From: an uncultured Actinomycetota bacterium
GTDB taxonomy: Bacteria > Actinomycetota > Aquicultoria > SKW223 > CALKMS01
Direction of reading: 5' to 3'
DNA length: 64,000 nucleotides
Assembly (NCBI GenBank): GCA_964426525.1
Contig: CAYRQL010000001.1
Coordinates: 130,294 to 194,293 of the forward strand
This document shows, piece after piece, positions 28,971-37,596 of this stretch. Within the stretch, counting starts at the first letter, position 1. Each line of letters opens with the position of its first letter. The notes under the pieces were generated by a model. That model made no database searches. It saw only the letters and a program-made list of their open reading frames with translations, and was not told the origin of the DNA. The translations under genes and the position numbers were made by a program.

Positions 28971-29004
28971 AGCTTGGATATATTTAGAGCTTGGATATAT
29001 TTAA
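28971..29004 (+). repeat. Tandem direct repeat, 2 x 17 bp (AGCTTGGATATATTTAG / AGCTTGGATATATTTAA)
   Basis: Two exact 16-nt copies 1 nt apart, immediately upstream of the dapF promoter. Copy 2 supplies the -35-like TTGGAT. Confidence 0.8.
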
Positions 29005-29019
29005 GTTTTCTCTTATAAT
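28991..29019 (+). promoter_or_regulatory. Candidate sigma-A promoter for dapF: TTGGAT, 17-nt spacer, TATAAT
   Basis: TTGGAT at 28991-28996, a 17-nt spacer, TATAAT at 29014-29019, then an AAAGGAGG Shine-Dalgarno site and the TTG start at 29040. Confidence 0.45.
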
Positions 29020-29039
29020 CTTAAAGAAAGGAGGTCTTA

Positions 29040-29927
29040 TTGGATTTCATTGAGTTTACCAAACTTCAGGGAACCGGCAATGATTTTGTTTTAATTGAAG
29101 ATTTTGAAGGGGAATTCAATTTGAATTCCAGAGCAATTGAGCTCCTTTGCGACCGTCATTTTGGTATAGGAGCTGATGGACTGCTTATCTTAGCTAATTC
29201 AGATAAAGCTGATTATCGAATGATTATTCACAATTCTGACGGAAGTCGCGCTGAAATGTGTGGCAATGGTATTCGATGTTTTGGTAAGTATCTATGGGAC
29301 CGGGGGCATATTAACGAGGCTAATTTTAAAGTAGAAACTGACGCGGGAGTGAAAGAAGTTGAATTAATAATTGATGAGGCTACAGCAGTGGGTGCCAGAG
29401 TGAGTATTGGTAGGCCAGTTTTCCAGTCCGACAAAATTCCTGTAAAGTTAAAAGGAAAGCTGAAGGTTTTTGACTACGAGCTTTTATTTGACCAAGAAAA
29501 AATAAAAATCAATGCTGTTTCAATGGGAAACCCACATTGTGTGATTTTTGTTGACCAGTTGGACAAGCTAAATTTATCATTTGCTGGAAAGCGAATCGAA
29601 AAACACCCTTTTTTCCCACAAAGAACTAATGTTGAATTTGTCCAGGTGATAAGCAGAAAAGAGATAAAAATGAGAGTTTGGGAGAGAGGGGTGGGAGAAA
29701 CACTTTCTTGTGGCACCGGCGCAGTAGCGGCGGGAGTGGTAAGTATTGACAAGGGACTTGTTTCAAGTCCGGTTATTGTGAAAGTCCCGGGCGGAGAGTT
29801 AATAGTGGAATGGAAAGGTGAAGAAGCATTTCTATCCGGACCAGCTGAGGAAATTTACTCTGGTATAATTTCTGAAGAGTTTTTAAATCGCTTAAACTTA
29901 CTTACTGAATTTACGGAGGAAGAATGA
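29040..29927 (+). CDS. dapF: Diaminopimelate epimerase
   Basis: FTKLQGTGNDFVLIED, the CGNGIRCFGKYL catalytic Cys, and the second Cys in ETLSCGTGAVA. Confidence 0.9.
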   Translation: MDFIEFTKLQGTGNDFVLIEDFEGEFNLNSRAIELLCDRHFGIGADGLLILANSDKADYRMIIHNSDGSRAEMCGNGIRCFGKYLWDRGHINEANFKVETDAGVKEVELIIDEATAVGARVSIGRPVFQSDKIPVKLKGKLKVFDYELLFDQEKIKINAVSMGNPHCVIFVDQLDKLNLSFAGKRIEKHPFFPQRTNVEFVQVISRKEIKMRVWERGVGETLSCGTGAVAAGVVSIDKGLVSSPVIVKVPGGELIVEWKGEEAFLSGPAEEIYSGIISEEFLNRLNLLTEFTEEE

Positions 29928-31084
29928 TTGAAGAAGCTTACCGAATAAAACAACTCCCCCCTTATTTATTTGCTCGCATTGATAGGATGATCGAAGAAAA
30001 AAAGGCTCAAGGTGCTGATGTTATAAGTTTAGGTATTGGTGATCCGATTGAGCCAACCCCTTCTCATATTATTGAGCGATTAAAAAAAGAAGCTGAAAAG
30101 GCTGAAAATCACCGCTACCCATCTTATTATGGCTTAAAAGAATTCCGCCAGGCAATAGCTGAGTGGTACTGGGAAAGGTTCAATGTTTCTCTTGATCCTG
30201 AAAAAGAAGTTCTACCTTTGATTGGTTCAAAAGAGGGAATTGCTCACATTTCTTGGGCAATGATTAACACAGGTGACATCTCTTTGGTGCCTGACCCTGC
30301 TTACCCTGTATATGCCATTGGGACGCAACTGGCTGGCGGTGAGCCCTTTTTTTGCCCCCTTCTTAGAAAGAATGATTTCCTTTTGAAGCTTGAAGATGTT
30401 AACGAGGAAATTCTCAAGAAAACCAAGTTGCTTTTTTTAAACTACCCGAATAATCCAACCTCAGCAGTAGCTTCGCTGGACTACTTTAAGATGATTGTTG
30501 AAATTGCTAGAAAATATGAGATTGTTGTTTGTCACGATAACGCTTATTCCGAAATAACTTTTGATAATTTTATTGCCCCTAGCATCCTTCAGGTTGAAGA
30601 AGCAAAGGAATGTTGTGTGGAGTTTCATTCACTTTCAAAAACTTACAATATGACTGGCTGGAGAGTGGGTTTTTTGGTTGGCAACCAAAAAGTGGTCGAA
30701 GCTTTGGGTCGAATAAAAACCAACATTGACTCCGGAATTTTTAATCCTATACAGTATGCTGCCATTGAGGCACTGAGAGGTTCTCAGGATTGCGTTAAAA
30801 AAATGAATGAAATTTACCTGAAAAGAAGGAATCTGGTCCTCTCGGCTTTAGAAAGAATTGGCCTTTCTTGTTTTTTCCCCCGGGCGACAATTTATGTTTG
30901 GGTGGAAGTTCCGGAAGGCGAAAGCTCCGCCTCTTTTACCCAGCTTCTTCTGGATAAGGCCAATGTTGTTGTGTCGCCTGGAAATGCTTACGGAAACTAC
31001 GGCGAAGGTTATGTTAGGATTTCTTTAACTGTTTCTGATAACCGACTTGAAGAAGCCTTAGAAAGAATTGAAAAGGTTTTTTGA
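29924..31084 (+). CDS. dapL: LL-diaminopimelate aminotransferase (DapL-type; PLP fold-type I)
   Basis: LPPYLFARIDRMIEEKKAQGADVISLGIGDP start typical of DapL. The PLP-Lys region reads SLSKTYNMTGWRVGF. Immediately downstream of dapF. Confidence 0.65.
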   Translation: MIEEAYRIKQLPPYLFARIDRMIEEKKAQGADVISLGIGDPIEPTPSHIIERLKKEAEKAENHRYPSYYGLKEFRQAIAEWYWERFNVSLDPEKEVLPLIGSKEGIAHISWAMINTGDISLVPDPAYPVYAIGTQLAGGEPFFCPLLRKNDFLLKLEDVNEEILKKTKLLFLNYPNNPTSAVASLDYFKMIVEIARKYEIVVCHDNAYSEITFDNFIAPSILQVEEAKECCVEFHSLSKTYNMTGWRVGFLVGNQKVVEALGRIKTNIDSGIFNPIQYAAIEALRGSQDCVKKMNEIYLKRRNLVLSALERIGLSCFFPRATIYVWVEVPEGESSASFTQLLLDKANVVVSPGNAYGNYGEGYVRISLTVSDNRLEEALERIEKVF

Positions 31085-31087
31085 GTT

Positions 31088-32230
31088 TTGGTTTTGAATA
31101 AAAAAGAAAAAGCCATTTTGGTTGGACTACAAATATCTTCACAGAACCCGACTGAGATTAAAAACTCCCTAAATGAGCTTGAGCTTCTTCTGCAAACCGC
31201 AGGTGGAGAGGCGGTAGCAAAGGTAATTCAAAAGAAGGAAGCACCTTCGCCTCGTACTTATATAGGTAGTGGAAAATCTAAAGAGCTTTTAGAGATGGCT
31301 GAAGAGCTGGCAGCAGATATGATTGTTTTTGATGATGAGTTGTCACCAACTCAACAAAGAAACTTGGAAGAAATTATTGGAAAAAAAATTATTGACCGAA
31401 CAGCTCTGATACTTGATATATTTGCTCAGCATGCACATTCTAAAGCTGGAAAACTTCAGGTAGAAATGGCTCAACTAAGTTATCGTCTACCGCGCTTGAG
31501 AGGTAGGGGAGTTTATCTTTCTCGTTTGGGCGGGGGGATAGGAACACGGGGACCTGGGGAAACAAAACTGGAAGTTGACCGCCGGAGAATACTTGAAAGG
31601 ATTCAAAAAATAAAAAGACTTTTAAAAGAACTGGAAAAGCAGCGCGAAGTTCAAAGAAAAAAAAGAAAGAGCCGAACAGTTCGAATATCAATTGTTGGTT
31701 ACACAAACGCTGGTAAGTCAACACTTTTAAATCGCTTAACAATTGGTGGGGCAAAGGTGGAAAACCAACCTTTTGCTACTCTTGACCCTCTATCCCGTCA
31801 GTTTTATCTTGATAACTCAGTTCAAGTAGTAATTTCTGACACTGTTGGCTTTATTCAAAAGTTGCCACCTGACTTAGTAGCAGCTTTCCACTCCACTCTT
31901 CAGGAAGTAGTTGAATCTAATTTTTTAATTCATCTCATTGACGCCTCGCACTCAGACTATAAAAAACAAATTGAGGTAGTAAATCAAATTTTAGAGGAAA
32001 TTGGGGCTGGGTACTTGCCACGCCTGTTAGTTTTTAACAAAGCTGACCTTTTAGAAAAAAAGGAAAAAGAAAGACTAAAAAACCTTTTTCCTGACAGTAT
32101 ATTAATTTCAGCTTTAAATGCAGTAGGGATTGAAGAGTTAAAAGAGAAAATTGTTGATGAAATTAAAAAAACCAGAACAAATAAAACTGGCTTTAAACTC
32201 ATTCTACCATCTCTTTTATGGTGTAGTTGA
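31088..32230 (+). CDS. hflX: GTPase HflX
   Basis: HflX N-domain ([29 protein letters not shown]...[15 protein letters not shown]) plus the G domain ([21 protein letters not shown]). Confidence 0.85.
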   Translation: MVLNKKEKAILVGLQISSQNPTEIKNSLNELELLLQTAGGEAVAKVIQKKEAPSPRTYIGSGKSKELLEMAEELAADMIVFDDELSPTQQRNLEEIIGKKIIDRTALILDIFAQHAHSKAGKLQVEMAQLSYRLPRLRGRGVYLSRLGGGIGTRGPGETKLEVDRRRILERIQKIKRLLKELEKQREVQRKKRKSRTVRISIVGYTNAGKSTLLNRLTIGGAKVENQPFATLDPLSRQFYLDNSVQVVISDTVGFIQKLPPDLVAAFHSTLQEVVESNFLIHLIDASHSDYKKQIEVVNQILEEIGAGYLPRLLVFNKADLLEKKEKERLKNLFPDSILISALNAVGIEELKEKIVDEIKKTRTNKTGFKLILPSLLWCS

Positions 32231-32282
32231 AGTATTTAGATTTTTTTTATATATTTTTAAAAATTCTATCCGAGGAGGTCAT

Positions 32283-32771
32283 TTGAAAAATTTTAAATTT
32301 AAATTAGGTGTTTTGTTGTTATTGATTATTCTTTTGCTTGTTTCTCTTTCCTGTTCCCCTGAGGAGAAAAAAACAAAAATAAGTCCTCGGACTGAATTGG
32401 GCAAACTTGTTTATCACGAGCTTACTGATTTCAGTATTGAGAACTTTACCGAGAATCAGGAGTTTGCCCAGTCTCTCTATGTAAACCAGAAAAAGCATTT
32501 GTTTTTAACAGTTAGGGCTCAAAAATCCCATTATGACTATCACAAAAAACTTGATGAAGAGTATTCAAAAAAACGTCGGATAACCATAGCCGGGCATTCA
32601 TTGTATGAAGGGATAAATCAGACTGATGTTAATATTTCCTATCTTTTGGTTTTTAAAAAAGGCGACTTGATTTACGAAGTTCATTTCCGCACACCCCAGG
32701 GTTATTTCCGCCCTCTTTCTGAAATTAAAAAGTTAGCTAAAAAAATTATGTTAAAAGTTCTTAAAAGTTAG
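32283..32771 (+). CDS. Hypothetical lipoprotein
   Basis: TTG start after a GGAGG Shine-Dalgarno site. Signal peptide MKNFKFKLGVLLLLIILLLVSLSCSP with a lipobox. No recognised domain. The ORF-track start at 32151 would overlap hflX by 80 nt. Confidence 0.4.
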   Translation: MKNFKFKLGVLLLLIILLLVSLSCSPEEKKTKISPRTELGKLVYHELTDFSIENFTENQEFAQSLYVNQKKHLFLTVRAQKSHYDYHKKLDEEYSKKRRITIAGHSLYEGINQTDVNISYLLVFKKGDLIYEVHFRTPQGYFRPLSEIKKLAKKIMLKVLKS

Positions 32772-32826
32772 CTTCTTTGTCACGCCCTTATCTTAAAATC
32801 AAAAAGTAAAAATTTTTTAAAAAAAC

Positions 32827-32855
32827 TTGACAACAAACACAAGATATGGTATTTT
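32827..32855 (+). promoter_or_regulatory. Candidate sigma-A promoter for nrdD: TTGACA, 17-nt spacer, TATTTT
   Basis: TTGACA at 32827-32832 and TATTTT at 32850-32855. The -10 element lies inside NrdR box 1. Confidence 0.4.
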
Positions 32856-32883
32856 CAAATTTGCTAGATACTATATCTTGTAG
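32837..32883 (+). promoter_or_regulatory. Tandem NrdR-box operator (two 16-bp imperfect palindromes, centres 31 bp apart)
   Basis: Box 1 ACACAAGATATGGTAT (32837-32852). Box 2 ATACTATATCTTGTAG (32868-32883). Each matches the ACACtATATaTaGTGT-type NrdR consensus at 11-12 of 16 positions. The spacing is the canonical 31-32 bp. Sits directly upstream of the nrdD RBS. Confidence 0.6.
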
Positions 32884-32898
32884 AAGAGGGGGATAGCA

Positions 32899-35169
32899 GT
32901 GAGAACTATAGAGACATTAGGGAAGGAAACAAGTTTAGAAGCTAAAGACCCTCAACGGATAATTAATGTGATTGAAAAAGCAGGGGAGAAAGGAGATTCA
33001 ACCGACATAGCTTTACTGGTCACTACTTCTTCTAAAGCCGAAATTGATAGTTGGGACCGCAACCGAATTGTCCGTTGCCTGATTAGAGAGATAAATGCTG
33101 ACCCTGAATTAGCTGAAGAAATTGCTTCAGAGGTGGAAAAGGTTATTTTTGAAAGCCATCTTTCAACTGTTACTACCAGCATAATTCGGGAACTTGTTGA
33201 CATTCAGCTTCTTAAAAGAGGATTAGGTACTTTACACCAACGCCATACTCATTTGGGTTTGCCTACCTTTGATGTAGAGCAAATTATTCTCAATGCTAAC
33301 AAAGAAAACTCAAACACAACTCACAATCCGGAATCAATAAACCTGACTTTAGCCGAGAACATATTAAAGCAGTATGCTCTGACGAAAGTTTTTAGCGAAG
33401 ATGTAGCCCAAGCTCATTTAAAAGGTGATATTCACCTCCATGACCTAGGTTTTATAACTCGTCCTTACTGTGGTGGTCATTCGCTTGAATATATTAAAAA
33501 ATACGGTTTGTCCTTACCAAATATTACTTCGACCTCAAAGCCAGCTAAACATCCAGAGGTTTTAATTGGCCATATGGTCAAAATGGCTTCCACTTTACAA
33601 TCACATTATGCTGGTGCCATTGGTTGGGAAGCGGTTAACATTTTTTTTGCTCCTTTCTTGAAAGGTCTTCCATACAGCCGAATTAAACAGTTGGCTCAAA
33701 TGATCATTTACGAGTTTAACCAGTTAGCCGGGGCGCGGGGCTCTCAAGTTGTGTTTACTGATTTCAACCTTTACTATGGCGTGCCACCTCATTTTAGAGA
33801 TGTTTTTGCTTTAGGTCCTGGCGGAAAGTATCTTAAACCAAATGGCGATGATTTTATTTACCTTGATGAGCCAGAGGAAGGTTGTTTAACTTATAAAGAT
33901 TTTGAGTTTGAAGCCAATCAGTTTTTAAAGGCTCTTTTTGAAGTTTACCTCGAGGGTGATGCCACTGGTAAAACTTTTGTTTTCCCCAAACCTTTACTTC
34001 ATTTAAATGAGAGTTTTTTTCAGACTCCAGGCTGGGAAGAGCTGCTTAATTTGGCTTGCAAAGCAGCTTCCAAACAAGGAATTACTTATTTTGTGTTCGA
34101 TCGGGGCAGTGAAGTAACTGTTTCCCAATGTTGTCGTTTAAAGCTTCGCTTAGGAGAAAAGGACCTTCAAGAAGCTAAAACGCCGGAAAAACTAAGATTT
34201 ACTGCTCTTCAAAATGTAACCATTAATCTTCCGCGCATTGCTTATAAAGCAAGAGGTAATGATTGGCAGCTGACCAAAGAGATTATAAAGGCGATGAGAT
34301 TAGTGACAAAAGCTCATTTACAAAAGAAAAAATTTATCGAAAGCTTACTTGCTCTCGGAGAGAATGGCCCATTAGCTTTCTTTACGGCTGCTAAAGATGG
34401 CGAACCTTATTTAAGGGTTGACCGTTTAACTTATCTTTGTGGGATTTTGGGCTTAAATGAGATGGTTCAGTTTCATTATGGAAAGCAACTTCACGAATCA
34501 GAAGAAGCTTATAAGTTTGGGTTAAAGGTTATTGCCATAATGAGCCGGTATGCTCAAAAAATCTCAAAAAGATATAACATAAAATTGGTCCTAGAAGAAA
34601 CACCGGCTGAATCAGCGGCTTATCGTTTAGCTAAGCTCGATATGAAATATTATCCCTTTTTTGCCAGTAGGGTTCTTAAAGGAAATATTGAAAAAGGAGA
34701 GTTTTACTATACCAACTCGGTTCATTTTGCTGCTGATGCTCCCATTGATTATATAGAGCGGGTGATAAAACAAAGTCGTTTTCATCCAATGATTGAAGCT
34801 GGAGCAATTATTCATATTTGGCTTGGAGAAAGCGAGCCTCACCCTGATTCAATTAAGAATTTTGTTATTAAAACTTTCAGCAGTACCCAAGCTGAACAAA
34901 TTGCTTTTAGTCCTGAATTTACTGTTTGCGAGGATTGTTATCGCACAAATAGAGGTCTTTTCACAGATTGTCCAAAATGCGGCTCTGAAAATGTTTACGG
35001 AATTACCAGAATAGTTGGTTACTTTTCCAAAATTCCCACCTGGAACAAAGGGAAAATAGGAGAGCTGAAGCAACGCATTAGAACTTCGCTTTCTGAGTTT
35101 GATCAGCACAGCGGAGGTGAAAATGAGAGCAAAATTCTTTTTCAAAAAAGATTGCCCAAGATGTCCTGA
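32899..35169 (+). CDS. nrdD: Anaerobic ribonucleoside-triphosphate reductase (class III RNR) with N-terminal ATP-cone
   Basis: Length 756 aa. C-terminal Zn ribbon (CEDCYRTNRGLFTDCPKCGS) and the glycyl-radical motif RIVGYFS. GTG start after a GAGGGGGA Shine-Dalgarno site. Confidence 0.9.
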   Translation: MRTIETLGKETSLEAKDPQRIINVIEKAGEKGDSTDIALLVTTSSKAEIDSWDRNRIVRCLIREINADPELAEEIASEVEKVIFESHLSTVTTSIIRELVDIQLLKRGLGTLHQRHTHLGLPTFDVEQIILNANKENSNTTHNPESINLTLAENILKQYALTKVFSEDVAQAHLKGDIHLHDLGFITRPYCGGHSLEYIKKYGLSLPNITSTSKPAKHPEVLIGHMVKMASTLQSHYAGAIGWEAVNIFFAPFLKGLPYSRIKQLAQMIIYEFNQLAGARGSQVVFTDFNLYYGVPPHFRDVFALGPGGKYLKPNGDDFIYLDEPEEGCLTYKDFEFEANQFLKALFEVYLEGDATGKTFVFPKPLLHLNESFFQTPGWEELLNLACKAASKQGITYFVFDRGSEVTVSQCCRLKLRLGEKDLQEAKTPEKLRFTALQNVTINLPRIAYKARGNDWQLTKEIIKAMRLVTKAHLQKKKFIESLLALGENGPLAFFTAAKDGEPYLRVDRLTYLCGILGLNEMVQFHYGKQLHESEEAYKFGLKVIAIMSRYAQKISKRYNIKLVLEETPAESAAYRLAKLDMKYYPFFASRVLKGNIEKGEFYYTNSVHFAADAPIDYIERVIKQSRFHPMIEAGAIIHIWLGESEPHPDSIKNFVIKTFSSTQAEQIAFSPEFTVCEDCYRTNRGLFTDCPKCGSENVYGITRIVGYFSKIPTWNKGKIGELKQRIRTSLSEFDQHSGGENESKILFQKRLPKMS

Positions 35170-35365
35170 AGCAAAAGAACTTTTAGCAAAAATTGACATA
35201 AGCTATGAAAGTTTTGATATCGAAACAATTGATGGCATGGCTGAAGCGGCTTACCACGATGTGTTTTCTACGCCTTCAATTTTAATACTTAGTGATTCTA
35301 ACGAGGAAGTTAAGAGTTGGAGAGGAGAACTTCCATCGCTGGAAGAGTTAAAAGAAGTTCTATAG
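35123..35365 (+). CDS. Small thioredoxin/glutaredoxin-fold protein with a CPRC (CxxC) motif
   Basis: 80-aa ORF MRAKFFFKKDCPRCPEAKELLAKIDISYESFDIETIDG... A strong GGAGGTGA Shine-Dalgarno site lies 5 nt upstream. The ORF overlaps the last 47 nt of nrdD in the +1 frame and ends 27 nt before the nrdG ATG. Confidence 0.55.
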   Translation: MRAKFFFKKDCPRCPEAKELLAKIDISYESFDIETIDGMAEAAYHDVFSTPSILILSDSNEEVKSWRGELPSLEELKEVL

Positions 35366-35391
35366 TTTTTGGCGGCTTTTTGCCGGCCTCA

Positions 35392-36054
35392 ATGCTAGAT
35401 TGGAAAGGTAAGGTCGCATCAGTATTTTTTACCGCTGGATGTAATTTCCGTTGCCCTTATTGCCACAATCCAGAGTTGGTAGCTGATATTGAAAACTTAA
35501 TACCTTTTGAATGGGAAGATCTCTACTCGCATTTAAAAACCAGAATTGGCTGGTTAGATGGGGTTGTTATTGGGGGAGGGGAGCCGACTATCCATCCTGA
35601 GCTGCCATTTTATTTAAAAAAAATTAAGGAATTGAATTATTTAATTAAACTTGACACTAATGGCAGCAACCCTTCTATGATTGATGAGCTCGTCAAGAAT
35701 GGTTTAGTTGATTTTATAGCTATGGACATAAAAACCGGCTTTAAACACTATAAAGATGCTACGGGAAATTTTGATTCAACAAAGCAAATCAAAGAAAGCA
35801 TTGAAATAATTATAAGTTCAGGAATTCATCACGAGTTTAGAACAACCGTTGTCCCTGGATTAGTTGACCGCCAGGATGTTTTAGCTATTGCTAAAGAGAT
35901 TCAGGAAGCTCGCGAGTATGTTTTGCAGCAATTTAATCCTAAGGTGACACTGAAGGAAAGTATGTGTTTAGTTGAGCCATACTCTTTTGAAACATTGCTA
36001 AGCTGGGCTAACGAGGCAAACGAAATTGTTCCAACCAGATTGCGAGGTGTTTGA
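35392..36054 (+). CDS. nrdG: Anaerobic ribonucleotide reductase activating protein (radical SAM, NrdG family)
   Basis: CNFRCPYCHN radical-SAM cluster near the N-terminus and the GGEPT glycine-rich block. Immediately downstream of nrdD. I chose the ATG at 35392 over an in-frame TTG at 35380 and the ORF-track start at 35317. Confidence 0.75.
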   Translation: MLDWKGKVASVFFTAGCNFRCPYCHNPELVADIENLIPFEWEDLYSHLKTRIGWLDGVVIGGGEPTIHPELPFYLKKIKELNYLIKLDTNGSNPSMIDELVKNGLVDFIAMDIKTGFKHYKDATGNFDSTKQIKESIEIIISSGIHHEFRTTVVPGLVDRQDVLAIAKEIQEAREYVLQQFNPKVTLKESMCLVEPYSFETLLSWANEANEIVPTRLRGV

Positions 36055-36495
36055 TTGTTGAAAATTAAAGTGAAGGTTAAAAGATTAGACCCCGGGCTAC
36101 CTCTACCCCGTTTTGCTCATCCGGGGGATGCTGGGGTTGATCTTTTTAGTCGAATTGATGTTTTACTTGAGCCAGGAGAACGAAAAACTATACCAGCAGG
36201 TATAGCTATAAGTTTACCTTCTGGTTGGGCAGCTTTTATTCAACCCAGAAGTGGTTTAGCGGCTAACCATGGGATCACAATTGTTAACACCCCTGGCTTA
36301 ATAGACTCTGGTTACCGTGGCGAAATAAAAGTTATTTTATTAAATACCGATAAAGAGAAAAGTTTTGAAATAAAAAGAGGCGATAAAATTGCCCAGATGG
36401 TAGTTCAGCAAGTAGCCGAAGTAGAATGGGAGGAGGTGAACGAACTCGACTCAACTTCTCGAGGAGCTGGCGGTTTTGGAAGCACTGGAATTTAA
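36055..36495 (+). CDS. dut: dUTP diphosphatase
   Basis: dUTPase motifs (AGVDLFS, RSGLA, the GLIDSGYRGEI block, RGAGGFGSTG). Confidence 0.9.
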   Translation: MLKIKVKVKRLDPGLPLPRFAHPGDAGVDLFSRIDVLLEPGERKTIPAGIAISLPSGWAAFIQPRSGLAANHGITIVNTPGLIDSGYRGEIKVILLNTDKEKSFEIKRGDKIAQMVVQQVAEVEWEEVNELDSTSRGAGGFGSTGI

Positions 36496-36551
36496 ATCTT
36501 TTGTAAATTGGGGAGGGAAAGAGCCCATTTGAACAGCTAATATGCTTCCAG

Positions 36552-36573
36552 ACGCTTTCTAAGCGTTTTTTTA
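36552..36573 (+). terminator. Probable rho-independent terminator after dut (ACGCTTtctAAGCGT plus T7)
   Basis: Short GC-containing inverted repeat followed by TTTTTTT about 55 nt after the dut stop. Confidence 0.4.
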
Positions 36574-36768
36574 AGCACCGGTTATATTTTTTATATATTT
36601 AAGGAGTTAAATTATCTCTTTTAAATCCTTTTAATTATGTATTTAGATAATTCACGAACATTTAAGGGGACACAATTAAACACGAATGTTAACATTGTTA
36701 ATTTATTATTAAAAAGAAGCCTTATTAATCTTCAATTTTTTTCAGAGCTTTAATTTTTTTTTTGCACT

Positions 36769-36788
36769 TAGTTTAAATTAGTTTAAAT
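36769..36788 (+). repeat. Tandem 10-bp repeat (TAGTTTAAAT x2) inside the 460-bp AT-rich spacer, preceded by a T11 tract
   Basis: Exact duplication seen in the sequence. Confidence 0.7.
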
Positions 36789-36955
36789 ATTTAGTAACAC
36801 CAAATGGGGAGTTAAATCGTTTATAATGTTAGAAATAATTTAAAAGTAAATTCTTTTGTTACGATAATATATGTTATGTAAACTAAAATAATGTTTGTTT
36901 TAAATTTTTAATTAGGTAAAATAGAGTGGTATAAAGAAGGACGGTTGAAGAGGAA

Positions 36956-37588
36956 ATGGCAAAGTTTTATGAAGACTATTGCGATAGAGCTTGTGGACAT
37001 TTAAAGCTTTCTGAGAGACGTTGTTTTCGCAATGAATGTCACCTGAAAAATTTTTTTGATGAGCTATTGTTGAAAATACCTAAAGATACTATGTTGAGTC
37101 TTTCGGATACCATTAGGGCTCTTCAATTAGAAAATGATTTAAGAAATACCCGTTATGGAAGCTTAATTAAACAAGTCAACCTTAAAGGTCCTACCCTATT
37201 AATTAACTTTGATGATTCTGTTCTTTCTGCTGAAGATAAAATAAAGTTAAACTTTGTTAATCCTGACGAAGTGCTTATTATTTCTGCCTATCGTATTTTA
37301 GTGACTAATCCTCAAATTCATGAGTTTAAGCTATCTTGCGCTCTTAAAAATTTACCTGAGGTAAATTTGGTAACCACCCGACATCGGCTGATTGAATTAA
37401 TTTCTCATAGTGGTATGAGTGAAATTAAGAGAGATTGGAACGCAATTTGGAATTACTTCCGTCCAGTCCTAAACAATCCCGAGTTTGCTGATAAGGTTCG
37501 CCAATTTTTGAATGGTTATTCAAATGACAACCCAATCGAAATTCAGAGTCAGGAATCGCCCGGTTGGCTTAATAAGTTTTTGAAATGA
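36956..37588 (+). CDS. Hypothetical protein with an N-terminal Cys/His cluster (C-x3-C-x-H ... C-x4-C-H), probably metal-binding
   Basis: 210-aa ORF. N-terminus MAKFYEDYCDRACGHLKLSERRCFRNECHLKN. AAGAGGAAATG Shine-Dalgarno site. No family recognised. Confidence 0.45.
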   Translation: MAKFYEDYCDRACGHLKLSERRCFRNECHLKNFFDELLLKIPKDTMLSLSDTIRALQLENDLRNTRYGSLIKQVNLKGPTLLINFDDSVLSAEDKIKLNFVNPDEVLIISAYRILVTNPQIHEFKLSCALKNLPEVNLVTTRHRLIELISHSGMSEIKRDWNAIWNYFRPVLNNPEFADKVRQFLNGYSNDNPIEIQSQESPGWLNKFLK

Positions 37589-37596
37589 TAAGATAA

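Noticed and set aside
31440-31754. 104-aa minus-strand ORF inside hflX
   Set aside because: Antisense to the conserved HflX N-domain. No Shine-Dalgarno site. The Phe/Leu-rich translation is typical of A-rich sense strands read in reverse.
35099-35169. Programmed frameshift or sequencing frameshift at the nrdD 3' end
   Set aside because: The NrdD frame stays open and the downstream ORF has its own strong Shine-Dalgarno site and ATG. Independent overlapping genes are the simpler explanation. I cannot exclude an error without reads, so I kept it as a note in the findings.
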